From: Thecamonas trahens ATCC 50062
Lineage: Eukaryota; Protista; Apusomonadida
Assembly (NCBI RefSeq): GCF_000142905.1
Contig: NW_013657679.1
Location: 64,657-128,656 of the forward strand
Length of the DNA stretch: 64,000 nt
Reading direction: 5' to 3'
The notes under the pieces were generated by a model. That model worked only from the letters and a program-made list of their open reading frames with translations, ran no database searches and was not told the origin of the DNA. The stretch's first letter is position 1. Every line of letters begins with the position of its first letter. Shown one piece after another: positions 43,383 to 53,353 of the stretch. The translations under genes were made by a program, and so were the position numbers.

Positions 43383-44273
43383 ATGTCCGAGGTTGTGGCC
43401 ATGGACGTGGAGAGCAGCGGCAAGGCCAAGGCCAAGGCCAAGAGCAAGGACAAGGCCAAGAGCAAGGACAAGAGCAAGGGCAAGGGGAAGGAGAAGAAGA
43501 GCAAGAAGATGGCTGACAACAAGAAAAAGCCCTCGTCGAGGAAGCGGGCCAGGGAGGAGGCATCGCCCGCAGCTGGCCAGGCTGCAGGGTCATCGTCAGC
43601 GGGCGAGCCATCGGCCGCCAAGAAGGCAAAGACTATCATGATGGAAGGTGATCTCTCCCATGCTATGCTGGCTGCCCAGAATGCTCGTGGCTTGGTTGTC
43701 TTTAAGGTCCCTCGTGGAACGCCGGTGGCCGACGTCACCTCGTCGCTGGCTGTCCGTCTTGCTGCTGATGACAATGATGATGATGACGGTGCTGCCCGTC
43801 TGGTCGAGGTCGAGGCCAAGGGCGGGAGCCTGGTGTGGGAGGAGGCTCCTGCACAGGATGTCGAGGCTATGCGCGTGCTTCTTCCAGAGCGCGCCCGCAT
43901 GGATCAGCCCGTCATGACCAACAAGGTCGTGCAGATGTTCTCGGCTCGCCGCGAGCACGACATCCCAGCTCTGCCGCTGGCGTCGGGCTCTAACGACGCC
44001 GCCGCCCCAGGCGCCGCTGATCTGCTTGCCGCAGCCATGAAGTTCCCCAAGAAGAAGCAGCTCGAAGGCCTCGGCCTCTGCTTTGTTCCGCTCGGCGCAA
44101 AGGCCGCCAATCTCGGCAAGGCTGCCAACAAGTCGGCCGCGCTGCCTGCCACCCCGCAGGCGTCCAAGGCCAAGGCCAAGGACAAGGACAAGACCAAGGA
44201 CAAGGCCAAGGCCAAGGACAAGACCAAGAAGAAGGACAAGGACAAGAAGAAGAAGAAGTCTAAGAAGAAGTAA
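43383..44273 (+). CDS. RNA polymerase I subunit RPA34/PAF49-like
   Basis: 'LVVFKVP' and 'KQLEGLGLCFVPLG' resemble the A34.5/PAF49 motifs; Lys-rich termini. Confidence 0.55.
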   Translation: MSEVVAMDVESSGKAKAKAKSKDKAKSKDKSKGKGKEKKSKKMADNKKKPSSRKRAREEASPAAGQAAGSSSAGEPSAAKKAKTIMMEGDLSHAMLAAQNARGLVVFKVPRGTPVADVTSSLAVRLAADDNDDDDGAARLVEVEAKGGSLVWEEAPAQDVEAMRVLLPERARMDQPVMTNKVVQMFSARREHDIPALPLASGSNDAAAPGAADLLAAAMKFPKKKQLEGLGLCFVPLGAKAANLGKAANKSAALPATPQASKAKAKDKDKTKDKAKAKDKTKKKDKDKKKKKSKKK

Positions 44274-44287
44274 AACCCTCCTCCCCA

Positions 44288-45193
44288 TCATCGCCGCGGC
44301 TGTAGACCAGCCTCCAGCGCGTCGAGGAGCTGGCTGGCAATGCGGACGTACGCCTGCGCAGCCTCGGACTGCGGATCGGCCACCACAATTGGCGTGCCGG
44401 CATCCGCCGCGGCCCGCACACCGGACGAGAGCGGCAGCTGGCCGAGCAGCGGAACCGGGTCGCCGTCGACAGCGGCGTTAAGCTTGTCGAGCCCGCCAGC
44501 GCCAAACACATCGTCACGCTCGCCGCACGACGGGCACGTGTAGTACGCCATGTTCTCCACCAGGCCCAAAAGCGGGACCCGGAGCTTGCGGAACATGTTG
44601 GCGCCCTTGATTGCGTCGACAACCGCCACCTCCTGCGGCGTCGACACGATGACCGCGCCCGAGAGCGGGACCTCCTGGGTGAGTGTGAGCAGGGCATCGC
44701 CGGTCCCTGGCGGAGTGTCGATGACCAAGATCTCTGTCGGGCCCCATTCGACGCCCCACACCAGCTGCTTGACCATGGACATGACCATCGGACCACGCCA
44801 CACCGCCGGCTGCGCCGCCTCGTCCATGAGAAAGCCGAGCGAGGAGGTGGCCACACCGTAGTTGATCACGGGATCCAGCAGCTTTGTCTCGGCATCCATG
44901 GCCGGCGGTTCAACAGACTTGACGTTCATCATAGTTGGCAGCGAAGGACCAAACACATCCACATCGGCCAGCCCCACCCGCATCTTGCACGCCGTCGCCA
45001 GCGCCAGCGCCACATTCACCGCCACCGTCGACTTGCCCACGCCGCCCTTGCCGGACGCCACCGCCACCACATGCCGCGGCAGTCTCCGCCGCTGTCCCCG
45101 CCCACGCGGCTCCGTAGCAGCACTACCGGTATGTCTCCGCATCCATGTCTGCACCACTCGTTGCCTGTACCCGCCCAGAACAACCCCAAGCAT
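44288..45193 (-). CDS. NUBPL: Mrp/NBP35-family Fe-S scaffold ATPase, mitochondrial Ind1/NUBPL type
   Basis: SGKGGVGKST, DVDVFGPS, WRGPMV, DTPPGTGD, VSTPQ, ENMAYYTCPSC. Confidence 0.92.
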   Translation of the reverse strand: MLGVVLGGYRQRVVQTWMRRHTGSAATEPRGRGQRRRLPRHVVAVASGKGGVGKSTVAVNVALALATACKMRVGLADVDVFGPSLPTMMNVKSVEPPAMDAETKLLDPVINYGVATSSLGFLMDEAAQPAVWRGPMVMSMVKQLVWGVEWGPTEILVIDTPPGTGDALLTLTQEVPLSGAVIVSTPQEVAVVDAIKGANMFRKLRVPLLGLVENMAYYTCPSCGERDDVFGAGGLDKLNAAVDGDPVPLLGQLPLSSGVRAAADAGTPIVVADPQSEAAQAYVRIASQLLDALEAGLQPRR

Positions 45194-45456
45194 CGGTCAC
45201 TGCCGCGTCGAGTGAGTCGCCCACCTCCAGCCACCACTCGCCGCCCGCTCGCCGCCCGCTCACTCGCCGCCACGCTCGCCACAAGACACGCCCGACTTCT
45301 CGCCGCAAGCCAAACAGCTCGCCCGCCCAACCGGCTCGATCGATGGTTGCTTAGCCATCAGCATGGCCATCAACCTTGTTTATCACATTGCTGCACTAAT
45401 CCCTGACCGCCACGATCCCCCCCCCCCCCCCTCTCTGACAAGGTCGAGCCCTCGTC

Positions 45457-46155
45457 TCATTCCCTCTGTTCAGCAGCAATGGCGTCGATGACAGAGCGGA
45501 CATGCAGCCGCATGGCGACAAGCCGATCCGGCCGAGCGGTGACTGGCTCGCCGGCGGCGATGCAGTGCGCAAAGTGAAGGAGATACACACCGCAGTCGTA
45601 GCCGTTACGCTGCTGCGGCGTGTTGCGGTCAGCCACAAACGATGCCTCATTGCTGACCGGCGGATCTGCGTTGTAGGTGACGAAAAAGTCGACGACAGCT
45701 GCGATGTCGGCTGCCGCCGCCGCGTTGCACCCGCCAGCAGAGTCGTAGTGACGATACGTCCGATCTTCAGCCGAGTACACCAAGAGCGACCAGTGCGAGC
45801 CACCGATGTGATCTGTGAGCGAAGTCTTGTCATTGACGGCAATGACAATCTGTTTAGCCTTGCCGAGGCCGAGCGGCTCAAACGATGGTGCGAGCATGCT
45901 GGGATCAGGCACAGCGGTCATGAGAAAGACAGTGGCTGGCGGAAGAAAGACAACCGGAAGTCCATCGCCATCGCCATCGCCATCGCCATCGCCACCCGCC
46001 ACCACATCTCTAACCAGATACTCAAAGTAGAACGAGATGATGTTGTCGTTGAGCCACGCCCCGTCGTCAAGCAGCTCGAGCTCGCTCTGCAGCAAAGTTG
46101 TCCCACCAAGTGTACACAGTCCCACGCGGCCACTTTGCTTCTTCTCTGCTGCCAT
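45457..46155 (-). CDS. SENP8: NEDD8-specific protease (Ulp1/C48 family)
   Basis: WLNDNIISFYFEYL, VND...GGSHWSLLV, HYDS, PQQRNGYDCG. Confidence 0.92.
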   Translation of the reverse strand: MAAEKKQSGRVGLCTLGGTTLLQSELELLDDGAWLNDNIISFYFEYLVRDVVAGGDGDGDGDGDGLPVVFLPPATVFLMTAVPDPSMLAPSFEPLGLGKAKQIVIAVNDKTSLTDHIGGSHWSLLVYSAEDRTYRHYDSAGGCNAAAAADIAAVVDFFVTYNADPPVSNEASFVADRNTPQQRNGYDCGVYLLHFAHCIAAGEPVTARPDRLVAMRLHVRSVIDAIAAEQRE

Positions 46156-46463
46156 ATCCGTTGTCCTCCTCTACTTCCGAGCTTCCAAGTCAGGTGTCGT
46201 GGCTCATCTCGTCGTATGTGCGTCTGAGGCCAAAGCAAAGCAAACGTCCCATGGAGCACGGTGATCACCATTTGCCATAGTCCGTATCGGACTTTGGATT
46301 GGGGGCGTAGCACTTGCCATCGGATGACCTCGCCACAGCGGGGGCAAGCACCGATGATGATGTAAGTCCGATATGCGACAGATCACATTGCCATCTACCT
46401 CACGACAAAGTTATATACGTTTAAGCATGGTATTTCTCTTGCTCTTCCTCTAATCCTGGCCAA

Positions 46464-46478
46464 GTCACCTGTGGCAAC
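46464..46478. promoter_or_regulatory. Candidate RFX X-box (GTCACC-TGT-GGCAAC)
   Basis: Matches consensus GTNRCC-N0-3-RGYAAC; lies in the divergent SENP8/RAD9 promoter. Confidence 0.35.
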
Positions 46479-46730
46479 TTCCTCTGCCGGTCTCCAGCTC
46501 ATCTAGCATCAACTGCCACATTCCATCGCCATGGCAAGCACTACCCATGCCTATCCCGGCACATCCATCATCATCATCATCATCATCATCGTCATCGTCA
46601 GTTGTCACCACAATCTCGCCATGCCAGCTGCTGTGCGCCCAACCGTAGCCACTCCCCTCTGCCTTTGCCCGAGCGCAGAGTGTGCACCACCCCTCTCCCT
46701 CCCCCCTCCTCCCCCCCCCGGACACTAACC

Positions 46731-48181
46731 ATGGTGCTCCTTCTACGAGCCACTCTCACCGGCACCCTCCGCCCCTTTGCCCGCATGATCCAATGCATGG
46801 CCCGTGTGGGCGAAGATGTGTCCATTGAGGCCCACCCTGGCGAGGTACGAAAAAGGTCGTGGTTCTGCCCCCTCCTCCTCTCCCCCTCCCGCCAACCCTA
46901 CTCACCCCCCCTCCCCCTCCTCCGTGGACACAGTTCATCATGAGGACCATCAACGGAGCGCGGTCTGCCTACTTTTCGTTCTCCATGCGTTCCGGCTTCT
47001 TTGCGGCGTATGAGGTGATGCTCAGAAGCGGTGAGCCCCTGAAGGTCAAGGTCATGGCCAAGGCTCTCCTCGCGGTCTTCCGCTCATCGGCCAAGGTGAG
47101 CAAAGTCGCCTCTTGCACCCTCACCATTACCGATGACAGAGTCATATTTGTCCTCTTGGCTCCTTCGGGCCTGACCAAGGTCTACCGCATCTCCTACGAG
47201 GTCTCCGAGAACATGCTCGCCGTCTACGAGACGACCACCGCGCCCAACTCGTTCGTTCTCGCCCCACGCCTCCTTGCCGCTGCCATCGGCACTTTTCCGG
47301 CCTCTCTGCAGGACGCCACGCTCGAACTGGCTCCAAACAAGGTCCAGCTTGCCTCACACATCGAAGCAAGCGATGCCGTCGGTCTGCCCTCGGGCTCGGC
47401 CCGGACCAGCACCCAGACCCATGTCACCCTCGACACCTCTCACTTTGAGCACTACATGCTTGCTCCTGACGGTGTGAGCATCACCTTTTGCCTCAAGGAG
47501 CTCAAGGCCATGCTTGCCTTTGCAGAGTTTACCGGCTCGCCGCTGCGGACCTACGTCCACGGCCCGGGCCTCCCGATCATCTTTTCCATCACCGTTGCCA
47601 ACACCTTTGCTGCCGACTTTGTCATTGCCACCCTCATCAACGACGACGACAACGACCCGCCGGTTGTTCCGCGCCGGACCACCGCTGCACCACCGGCAGA
47701 CGTCGCAGTTGTCTCGTCGAGCGCAGCGAGTTCGGGCTACGCCGCCTCGGGCACAGGCGCCGTGCAAATGGACATCGAGACCTCGGGCGCCGGCCCGACG
47801 CTGCCTCACAGCCCGGGCTCGGCTGGTGCCTCGGCGCCGCAGCTCTTCCAGGCCTCGCCGGCTTCGCTCGGCCTTGCGGGCCTCTCGGCGGTCTCGGGTC
47901 GCGAGTACGCAGCTTCGTCATCGCAGCACTCGCCGTCGCTCGGTTCGCACACACTCCGCCCCGGCCTGGGCGTCACGCCGTCGCGGCCGGCTTTGCCGCG
48001 GCCGTCGCTCGTCGCCTCGCAGCTGCATGAGCCGTCGCCGCTGCAGTCGTCACAGCTGAAGCGGCGTCGGCCGCAGGCCTACGCCTCGGCCTCGGACGAC
48101 GACGCTGAGAGCGACGACGGATCGGTCGAGGCCACCCCGCCGCCGCCGGACCTTAAGCGCGCGCGCGGGCTGGGGCATTGA
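46731..48181 (+). CDS. RAD9: 9-1-1 checkpoint clamp subunit Rad9; exons 46731-46844 and 46934-48181
   Basis: FARMIQCMARVGEDV, RTINGARSAY...FF, KALLAVFR, ITFCLKELKAMLAFAE, PGLPI, FVIATL, disordered tail; GT-AG intron 46845-46933. Confidence 0.92.
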
Positions 48182-48211
48182 CCGCACCCGGCCTGCCCAT
48201 TCACACTTGCA

Positions 48212-50743
48212 TCATACATGCCTGCTCTCCGGCACCCCGTACCGTTCGGCATAGAGCTTGGCCATGTTGGGGTTGCCGAGCTTCCGCGCAATCGGCATGG
48301 CCTGGAAGGCAGAGGTTGGAAACGCTGGCACGAGGTCGATGCCCGACCGCGGGAAGACCCACTCGAGGAGCCTGAAGAAGATAAAGTCGAGCGCCATGAG
48401 CATGCAGAAGAGCTTGCCGGCCCACAGGCCGCAACCGTAGTACCGCCGGAAGCGCTCGATGAGCGGGACCGGCTCGGCGCTCATCATCTTGTCGTAGACA
48501 ACCTCGGTCCGCGCCGCCACGTCGTTCCAGTTGTACATGTTGCGGACTGCGCCGTGGAACTCGTACGGCTGCACATCGTGGACCTCAGCAATAGCCTCGT
48601 CGAGCCGCGCAATGAGGTCGCCCGGCTCGGGATCGGCCAGCTTGATCATGTGCTCCGGCAGAACCTCGGGCACGCCGCCGACCCGGGTTGAGACAACCAG
48701 CAGGCCGCACGAGACAGCCTCGACAATGGCAATGCAAAACGCTTCGGTGAGCGACGAGTTGAGAAAGATGTCGCCGCGGACGAGCACGTCGCGGACGTCC
48801 TCGTGCGCTACTTCGCCGAGAACCTCGACCCGGTCGTGGAGCTGGAACTCCTCCAGCATCTCCTCCAGCGCCAGCATCTTGTCGCCGTCGCCACCGATGA
48901 TCCAAGAGACTTGCGGGTACGCCTCACAGATGCGCGGAATGATCTGGATGACTAGATCGACTCCCTTGCGGTAGACTAGCCGCGACATGACCACAATCGT
49001 GATCCGCGAGTGGTCCTTGGCTGCCGGGTTTGGCCGAAACACCGTCGTGTCCACTGCGTTGGGAATAACCGACACATCGCGCGGATCGAGCTGCGCCCGC
49101 AGCACCGTGTTCTCCTTGGAGGTGTACGAGACGCAGATGACGTGGTCAATGTCCGAGAGCGTGAACTTGAGCACTTTGTTCATGTGGATCGACGACGCGT
49201 CGTGAAAGCCAAACAGCGAGTGGTCGGTGAAACACACCTTGTAGCCCATTGTCCGCCCATGCAGGATCGCCTCGTGGCACATGCACGAGAAAGCGCCATG
49301 CCCATGCACAATCTGCACCTGCTCGCGGATAAAGACGTTGCGGAGGAGCGGGAACATCGAGAAGAGCGACGGAAAGGCAGACTGCTGGTAGACGGGCATG
49401 AACGGGAGATGGTACACCTTGAGCCCGTTGGTTAGCATCCGCACCCCGTGCCGCGAGTTGTAGGCGTGCGTCACAATAATGACCTTGTGCCCGCGCGCAA
49501 GCAAACATTGTGAAAGCTGGTACAGGTGCGACTCAACGCCGCCAAACCGGGGGTAGAAAAAGTCGCAGACCATGGCAATCGAGTACGTCTCGCGCACGTC
49601 TTTGCTCGCACCGACGCGGACCGGCGGCAGCGACCGCGCCGTCACAAACGGCGAGACGCCCGCGCCCGACGTCCCGCCGCTGCTCCCGCCCAGCCCTAGC
49701 GTGGCAAGGTCTACCCCGTCCAAACTCGGCGAAATGAGCGGCGGGACAAGAAGCTCGGGCCGCAAGCTCGGCTCGACTCCCACATACCTCGCGCGCCCCG
49801 CAGACGTCTCCACTTCATCGCCGTGGTCAAGCATCGAGAGCGGGACGCCGACCCGCGGCGGGAGGCCAACTGGCTCATCGTCATCGTCCTCCTCGTCGTC
49901 GTCGTCAAACTCGGAGAACACCGGCCGCGCATGCAGTGCAACAGACCGGGACGATGCTGTAGACGTCGATGCTGCTGACGACATCCGCGCGCTCGACCGC
50001 AGCGACGCAGCTCGGCTTGCTCCGCCGGGCTGGTCGCGCTCGTACTCGCGCTCGCGTTGGCGTCGTCTCCGCCGCCGCCGCTGCTGACTCGACCCAACCA
50101 ATACCTCGCCGCCGTCACCCGAGCCCGAGCCTGAGCCCACGCCAGATGGCCCCAGAACCCGCATCTGCGTGCCAGCGCTCTGCCCGACGCCCGATCGCGA
50201 GCTCCGCGAGCTCTGCGTCCCACCGCTTTCAGAGCACGAGCTCGAGCCCGAGTCCGAGGCTGACGACAGGCCCGAGCCCGATCCCGAGTCTGAGTGAGAC
50301 GACGAGTCAGACTCCCTGCCGTTGTTGCTTCCCAAGCGAGCATCGCCGTTGTACGCGTTGTACTCGCCATCATCGTCATCGTCCTCGTCGTCTAGCATCT
50401 CGTACGCAGTCTGCACACCAAACACAGGCTCCGACTCGTCGGAAATATCCGAGTCTGGCCCACGATCTTGCCCCACTGCAAGGGCTGCCGTTGTTGACGT
50501 GGCGGCCATGGGCGTTCCTGACGATGCCAGCAGCGACATGGTTGCTCTTGCTCCCGACTCAGGCGATGACGATTCCCGTGAGAGTCTTCCTTGTGGCAGC
50601 GAGCTATCTTCCCCCCACCACTCTCCAGACGAGCCATCTCCATCTCCGTCACCCCACAGTTCTTCATCGCCGCCATCTGCTCCGCCCTTGGAGGAGTTGT
50701 CCCCCACCACCACCAAGGCGCCCTTCTTGCCCGACTCGGCCAT
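48212..50743 (-). CDS. PIGA: GPI-GlcNAc transferase catalytic subunit with long low-complexity N-terminal extension
   Basis: IAMVCDFFYPRFGGVESH, FTDHSLFGF, SRLVYRKG, NSSLTEAFCIAIVEA, STRVGGVPEVLP. Confidence 0.95.
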   Translation of the reverse strand: MAESGKKGALVVVGDNSSKGGADGGDEELWGDGDGDGSSGEWWGEDSSLPQGRLSRESSSPESGARATMSLLASSGTPMAATSTTAALAVGQDRGPDSDISDESEPVFGVQTAYEMLDDEDDDDDGEYNAYNGDARLGSNNGRESDSSSHSDSGSGSGLSSASDSGSSSCSESGGTQSSRSSRSGVGQSAGTQMRVLGPSGVGSGSGSGDGGEVLVGSSQQRRRRRRRQREREYERDQPGGASRAASLRSSARMSSAASTSTASSRSVALHARPVFSEFDDDDEEDDDDEPVGLPPRVGVPLSMLDHGDEVETSAGRARYVGVEPSLRPELLVPPLISPSLDGVDLATLGLGGSSGGTSGAGVSPFVTARSLPPVRVGASKDVRETYSIAMVCDFFYPRFGGVESHLYQLSQCLLARGHKVIIVTHAYNSRHGVRMLTNGLKVYHLPFMPVYQQSAFPSLFSMFPLLRNVFIREQVQIVHGHGAFSCMCHEAILHGRTMGYKVCFTDHSLFGFHDASSIHMNKVLKFTLSDIDHVICVSYTSKENTVLRAQLDPRDVSVIPNAVDTTVFRPNPAAKDHSRITIVVMSRLVYRKGVDLVIQIIPRICEAYPQVSWIIGGDGDKMLALEEMLEEFQLHDRVEVLGEVAHEDVRDVLVRGDIFLNSSLTEAFCIAIVEAVSCGLLVVSTRVGGVPEVLPEHMIKLADPEPGDLIARLDEAIAEVHDVQPYEFHGAVRNMYNWNDVAARTEVVYDKMMSAEPVPLIERFRRYYGCGLWAGKLFCMLMALDFIFFRLLEWVFPRSGIDLVPAFPTSAFQAMPIARKLGNPNMAKLYAERYGVPESRHV

Positions 50744-51045
50744 GACACAAACACCCGTTCACCAGTAGTTGACCAGTGTCTCCCTTCCCCTGTGGTACAG
50801 ATGTAACCCTATGTGTGTGGGTGGTGACGCAACAGTGTGCTGTTGAGCGAGGTGTGTGGCTTTGGCCGTGGGTCCTGGCCTGAGTCACCGTGTGGTGGGC
50901 ATGGGGGGGGGGGGGGGGGCGATCATGATCATGATCGCGATCGTGATCTTGATCCGAGTCGTGTTGCCAGTGCCAGCGCCCCGAGTCGAGTCGGACACGC
51001 GCACCGACCCCCTCTCGCACACACATCACTTCCTTGGCGACAGAG

Positions 51046-51771
51046 ATGCAGAAGAGTAGCACGTGTGCAGTCATGGGTATTTTGGCGGTTGTTTTGACAG
51101 TGGCAGTGATGGCGGCGGCGGCGGCAGCGGCGGACGAGACCGACTACTACCAGCTGCTGGGCGTGTCAAGGTCGGCGACACCCAAGGCTGTGGATGCTGG
51201 GTATGAAGCTGCGCATGCACAGATCATGGCGGGAGAGGTCGGCACGAGGTCGCGCAAGGATGCACTGCTGGCCATCAATCAAGCTTACGCAGTGTTGGCC
51301 GATGCAGAGGCGCGTGCAGAGTATGATGCGGCGAGAGCCGACGCTCTGGCAGACGAGGCCGACGCGAGCCGGCGGGCGCAGGTGCTGAAGGAGGCCAAAG
51401 AGGTCGAGATGAAGCGGCAGGAGCGTCGCAGGGTGCCGGGCACAGAAAAGGTGCGGTACTCGCGGAACGAGCCGCCGGCCTTCAACATGGATCCCAACTG
51501 CATCCACTGCATGAGCAACGAGCACGGCGTCGAGGTCATCCACTCGGCCACCGGCGTCGACAAGTTCCTCGCGACCTTTGATACCTTCCTCTGCTCCTTC
51601 CTCTGCCCCATCCCTATCTCACCCGAGCTCAGTCTCACTCTCTTTATCATCGGCTCGGTCGTCTTCTTTGTCGGTACCCTCTTCCTCTGCGGCAAACTGT
51701 TCGGCTGCAAGGAGCCGCCCACAAGCGAGACTGACTCTGCCCACGGCGACGACCATGCTCACTCCGAGTAG
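51046..51771 (+). CDS. Secretory-pathway J-like domain protein with C-terminal TM helix
   Basis: Signal peptide; DYYQLLGVSRSAT...INQAYAVLAD..RAEYD; no HPD motif; TM LTLFIIGSVVFFVGTLFLC. Confidence 0.75.
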   Translation: MQKSSTCAVMGILAVVLTVAVMAAAAAAADETDYYQLLGVSRSATPKAVDAGYEAAHAQIMAGEVGTRSRKDALLAINQAYAVLADAEARAEYDAARADALADEADASRRAQVLKEAKEVEMKRQERRRVPGTEKVRYSRNEPPAFNMDPNCIHCMSNEHGVEVIHSATGVDKFLATFDTFLCSFLCPIPISPELSLTLFIIGSVVFFVGTLFLCGKLFGCKEPPTSETDSAHGDDHAHSE

Positions 51772-51796
51772 CGACCCGGCTCTCCGACTGTTGCTG

Positions 51797-52300
51797 CTAT
51801 GTGGGAAAGACCCGGACTGTGTTGGCGATCGGACCACGGCACATCGGACACGGCGCGCCCGACGCCACAATTACCGCCGCATCGTCTTCGCACAGGCAAA
51901 GATGATGGCACGGCTCGATGAGAACCACTGCATCGGCCTCCCAGCAGACGGTGCACATGCCGCGATCGGCGCCCTCATCGCTCGCCGGTGGCGCCCTGGC
52001 CAGCGGCGGCGCTCCCTTGGCCCCATGGCCATGACTGACTTGAGGAAACACCCCGCCTGCGCCCGCGCCTTCCAAACACACCCCGCTGCTCGGCCCTTGC
52101 CCGCCATCGCCGCCCTTCTTGCCCTTGCCCTTGCCCTTGTCCTCCTCCTTGCCGAACCACGAGTTGAACACGTACAGCCCGGCAGCACCCACCAGCGCGC
52201 CGAGAGCAAAGACCGCCGCAGCAGCACCACCACCACCACCACCACCATTGTCCCTCTCATCATCTTCTTTGCCCGTCCTCCGTCTTCCTCGTCGCGACAT
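51797..52300 (-). CDS. Membrane-anchored RING-HC E3 ligase
   Basis: TM AVFALGALVGAAGLYVF; CTVC...PCHHLCLC..D.......CPMCR. Confidence 0.82.
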   Translation of the reverse strand: MSRRGRRRTGKEDDERDNGGGGGGGAAAAVFALGALVGAAGLYVFNSWFGKEEDKGKGKGKKGGDGGQGPSSGVCLEGAGAGGVFPQVSHGHGAKGAPPLARAPPASDEGADRGMCTVCWEADAVVLIEPCHHLCLCEDDAAVIVASGAPCPMCRGPIANTVRVFPT

Positions 52301-52697
52301 GGTGCCCTCTGCCCGCGTCAAGAGATGCAACACGCTCGTGCTCGTGTTCCTGGTCACTCCGAGGTCATCAAACCGAGTGTTCCTTTTCGTCACCTTTGCC
52401 TCGGTTCACGACCTTTTTTGGTTCATTCACACGGTACGGTACACTCATGGCACCCTTGCGCTCTCCACCGTCAACATCAACACGTACCAGTCTGACTGTT
52501 GTACAGACATCACTTGGGGTAATTATGATATGTCATCATATTGAAATAATCATGCTCTGGTGGCTGAGGAGACGTGCAGAAGTCGACAGCGCTCGCTGTC
52601 GGGAGTCGACGGCGGTTCACGACCTTTTCCGGCCGGCCGAGCATCGGCGGCTCGCGAGGTACGAGACGGGGTACCACTTGACGAAGCTTCACCAGAC

Positions 52698-53228
52698 ATG
52701 TCGTACTGGACGCTTGGGCTGTTCTGCGTGGGTGTAGGAGTGGCGCTTGTGGCGTTGTTCATCTGCTGTGGTTATATGCTGGCGGTGGATGTGACGCTGA
52801 CCACGTCGCGGTTCCTGGCGTACCCGCCTGGGGCAGTCTGGAGGGGCCTTGCCGACCACGAGTCGAACCCTGTGACGGGGCAGGCATGCCGTTCACAGCG
52901 TCCGTTTGGCACGGGAGACATGCCTGGGTGGGTGGAGCAGATGGGCTCGTCGTCGGTGGTGGTCAAGACAGTGGAGAGCAACAAGCCGACCCTTTTGGTC
53001 CGCCACTTTGACGACCGCGGGACAACCATGACTTCTCGCATGGTGTACCAGATGGAGGCTGCCGAAGAGGAGGGCGTCCGTGGCACCCGCATCACCATGA
53101 TCCAGGATGTCTCCGTCCCGCGCGGCACTTGGCACACTCCGCTCTTTCGCATCCTCGTCCGCATCTTTGGTACAAAGGGCATGACCGCTTTTCTCGCCCG
53201 CCTCAATCGCTACCTCGGTCGTACCTGA
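52698..53228 (+). CDS. SRPBCC/START-fold protein with N-terminal membrane anchor
   Basis: N-terminal TM, 'TTSRFLAYPPGAVW..LAD', 'WVEQ', 'VESNKPTLLV', 'GTRITM', C-terminal helix 'FLARLNRYLG'. Confidence 0.7.
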   Translation: MSYWTLGLFCVGVGVALVALFICCGYMLAVDVTLTTSRFLAYPPGAVWRGLADHESNPVTGQACRSQRPFGTGDMPGWVEQMGSSSVVVKTVESNKPTLLVRHFDDRGTTMTSRMVYQMEAAEEEGVRGTRITMIQDVSVPRGTWHTPLFRILVRIFGTKGMTAFLARLNRYLGRT

Positions 53229-53353
53229 GCCGACGTGGTCTGGCTTGCCGGTGCGCTTTGTTTTACGCCACGGCCGCCCTACGTAGTAGCTTCTTGCAGT
53301 AAAGCGAGTCCGGAAAGCTACGTCACTGAGCATCCGATGGCGACGCGCATGGC

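Noticed and set aside
46204-46400. Minus-strand frame containing CPRCG after a TGA (possible selenoprotein or zinc-ribbon peptide)
   Set aside because: No redox motif context, no SECIS, and no proper start after the stop
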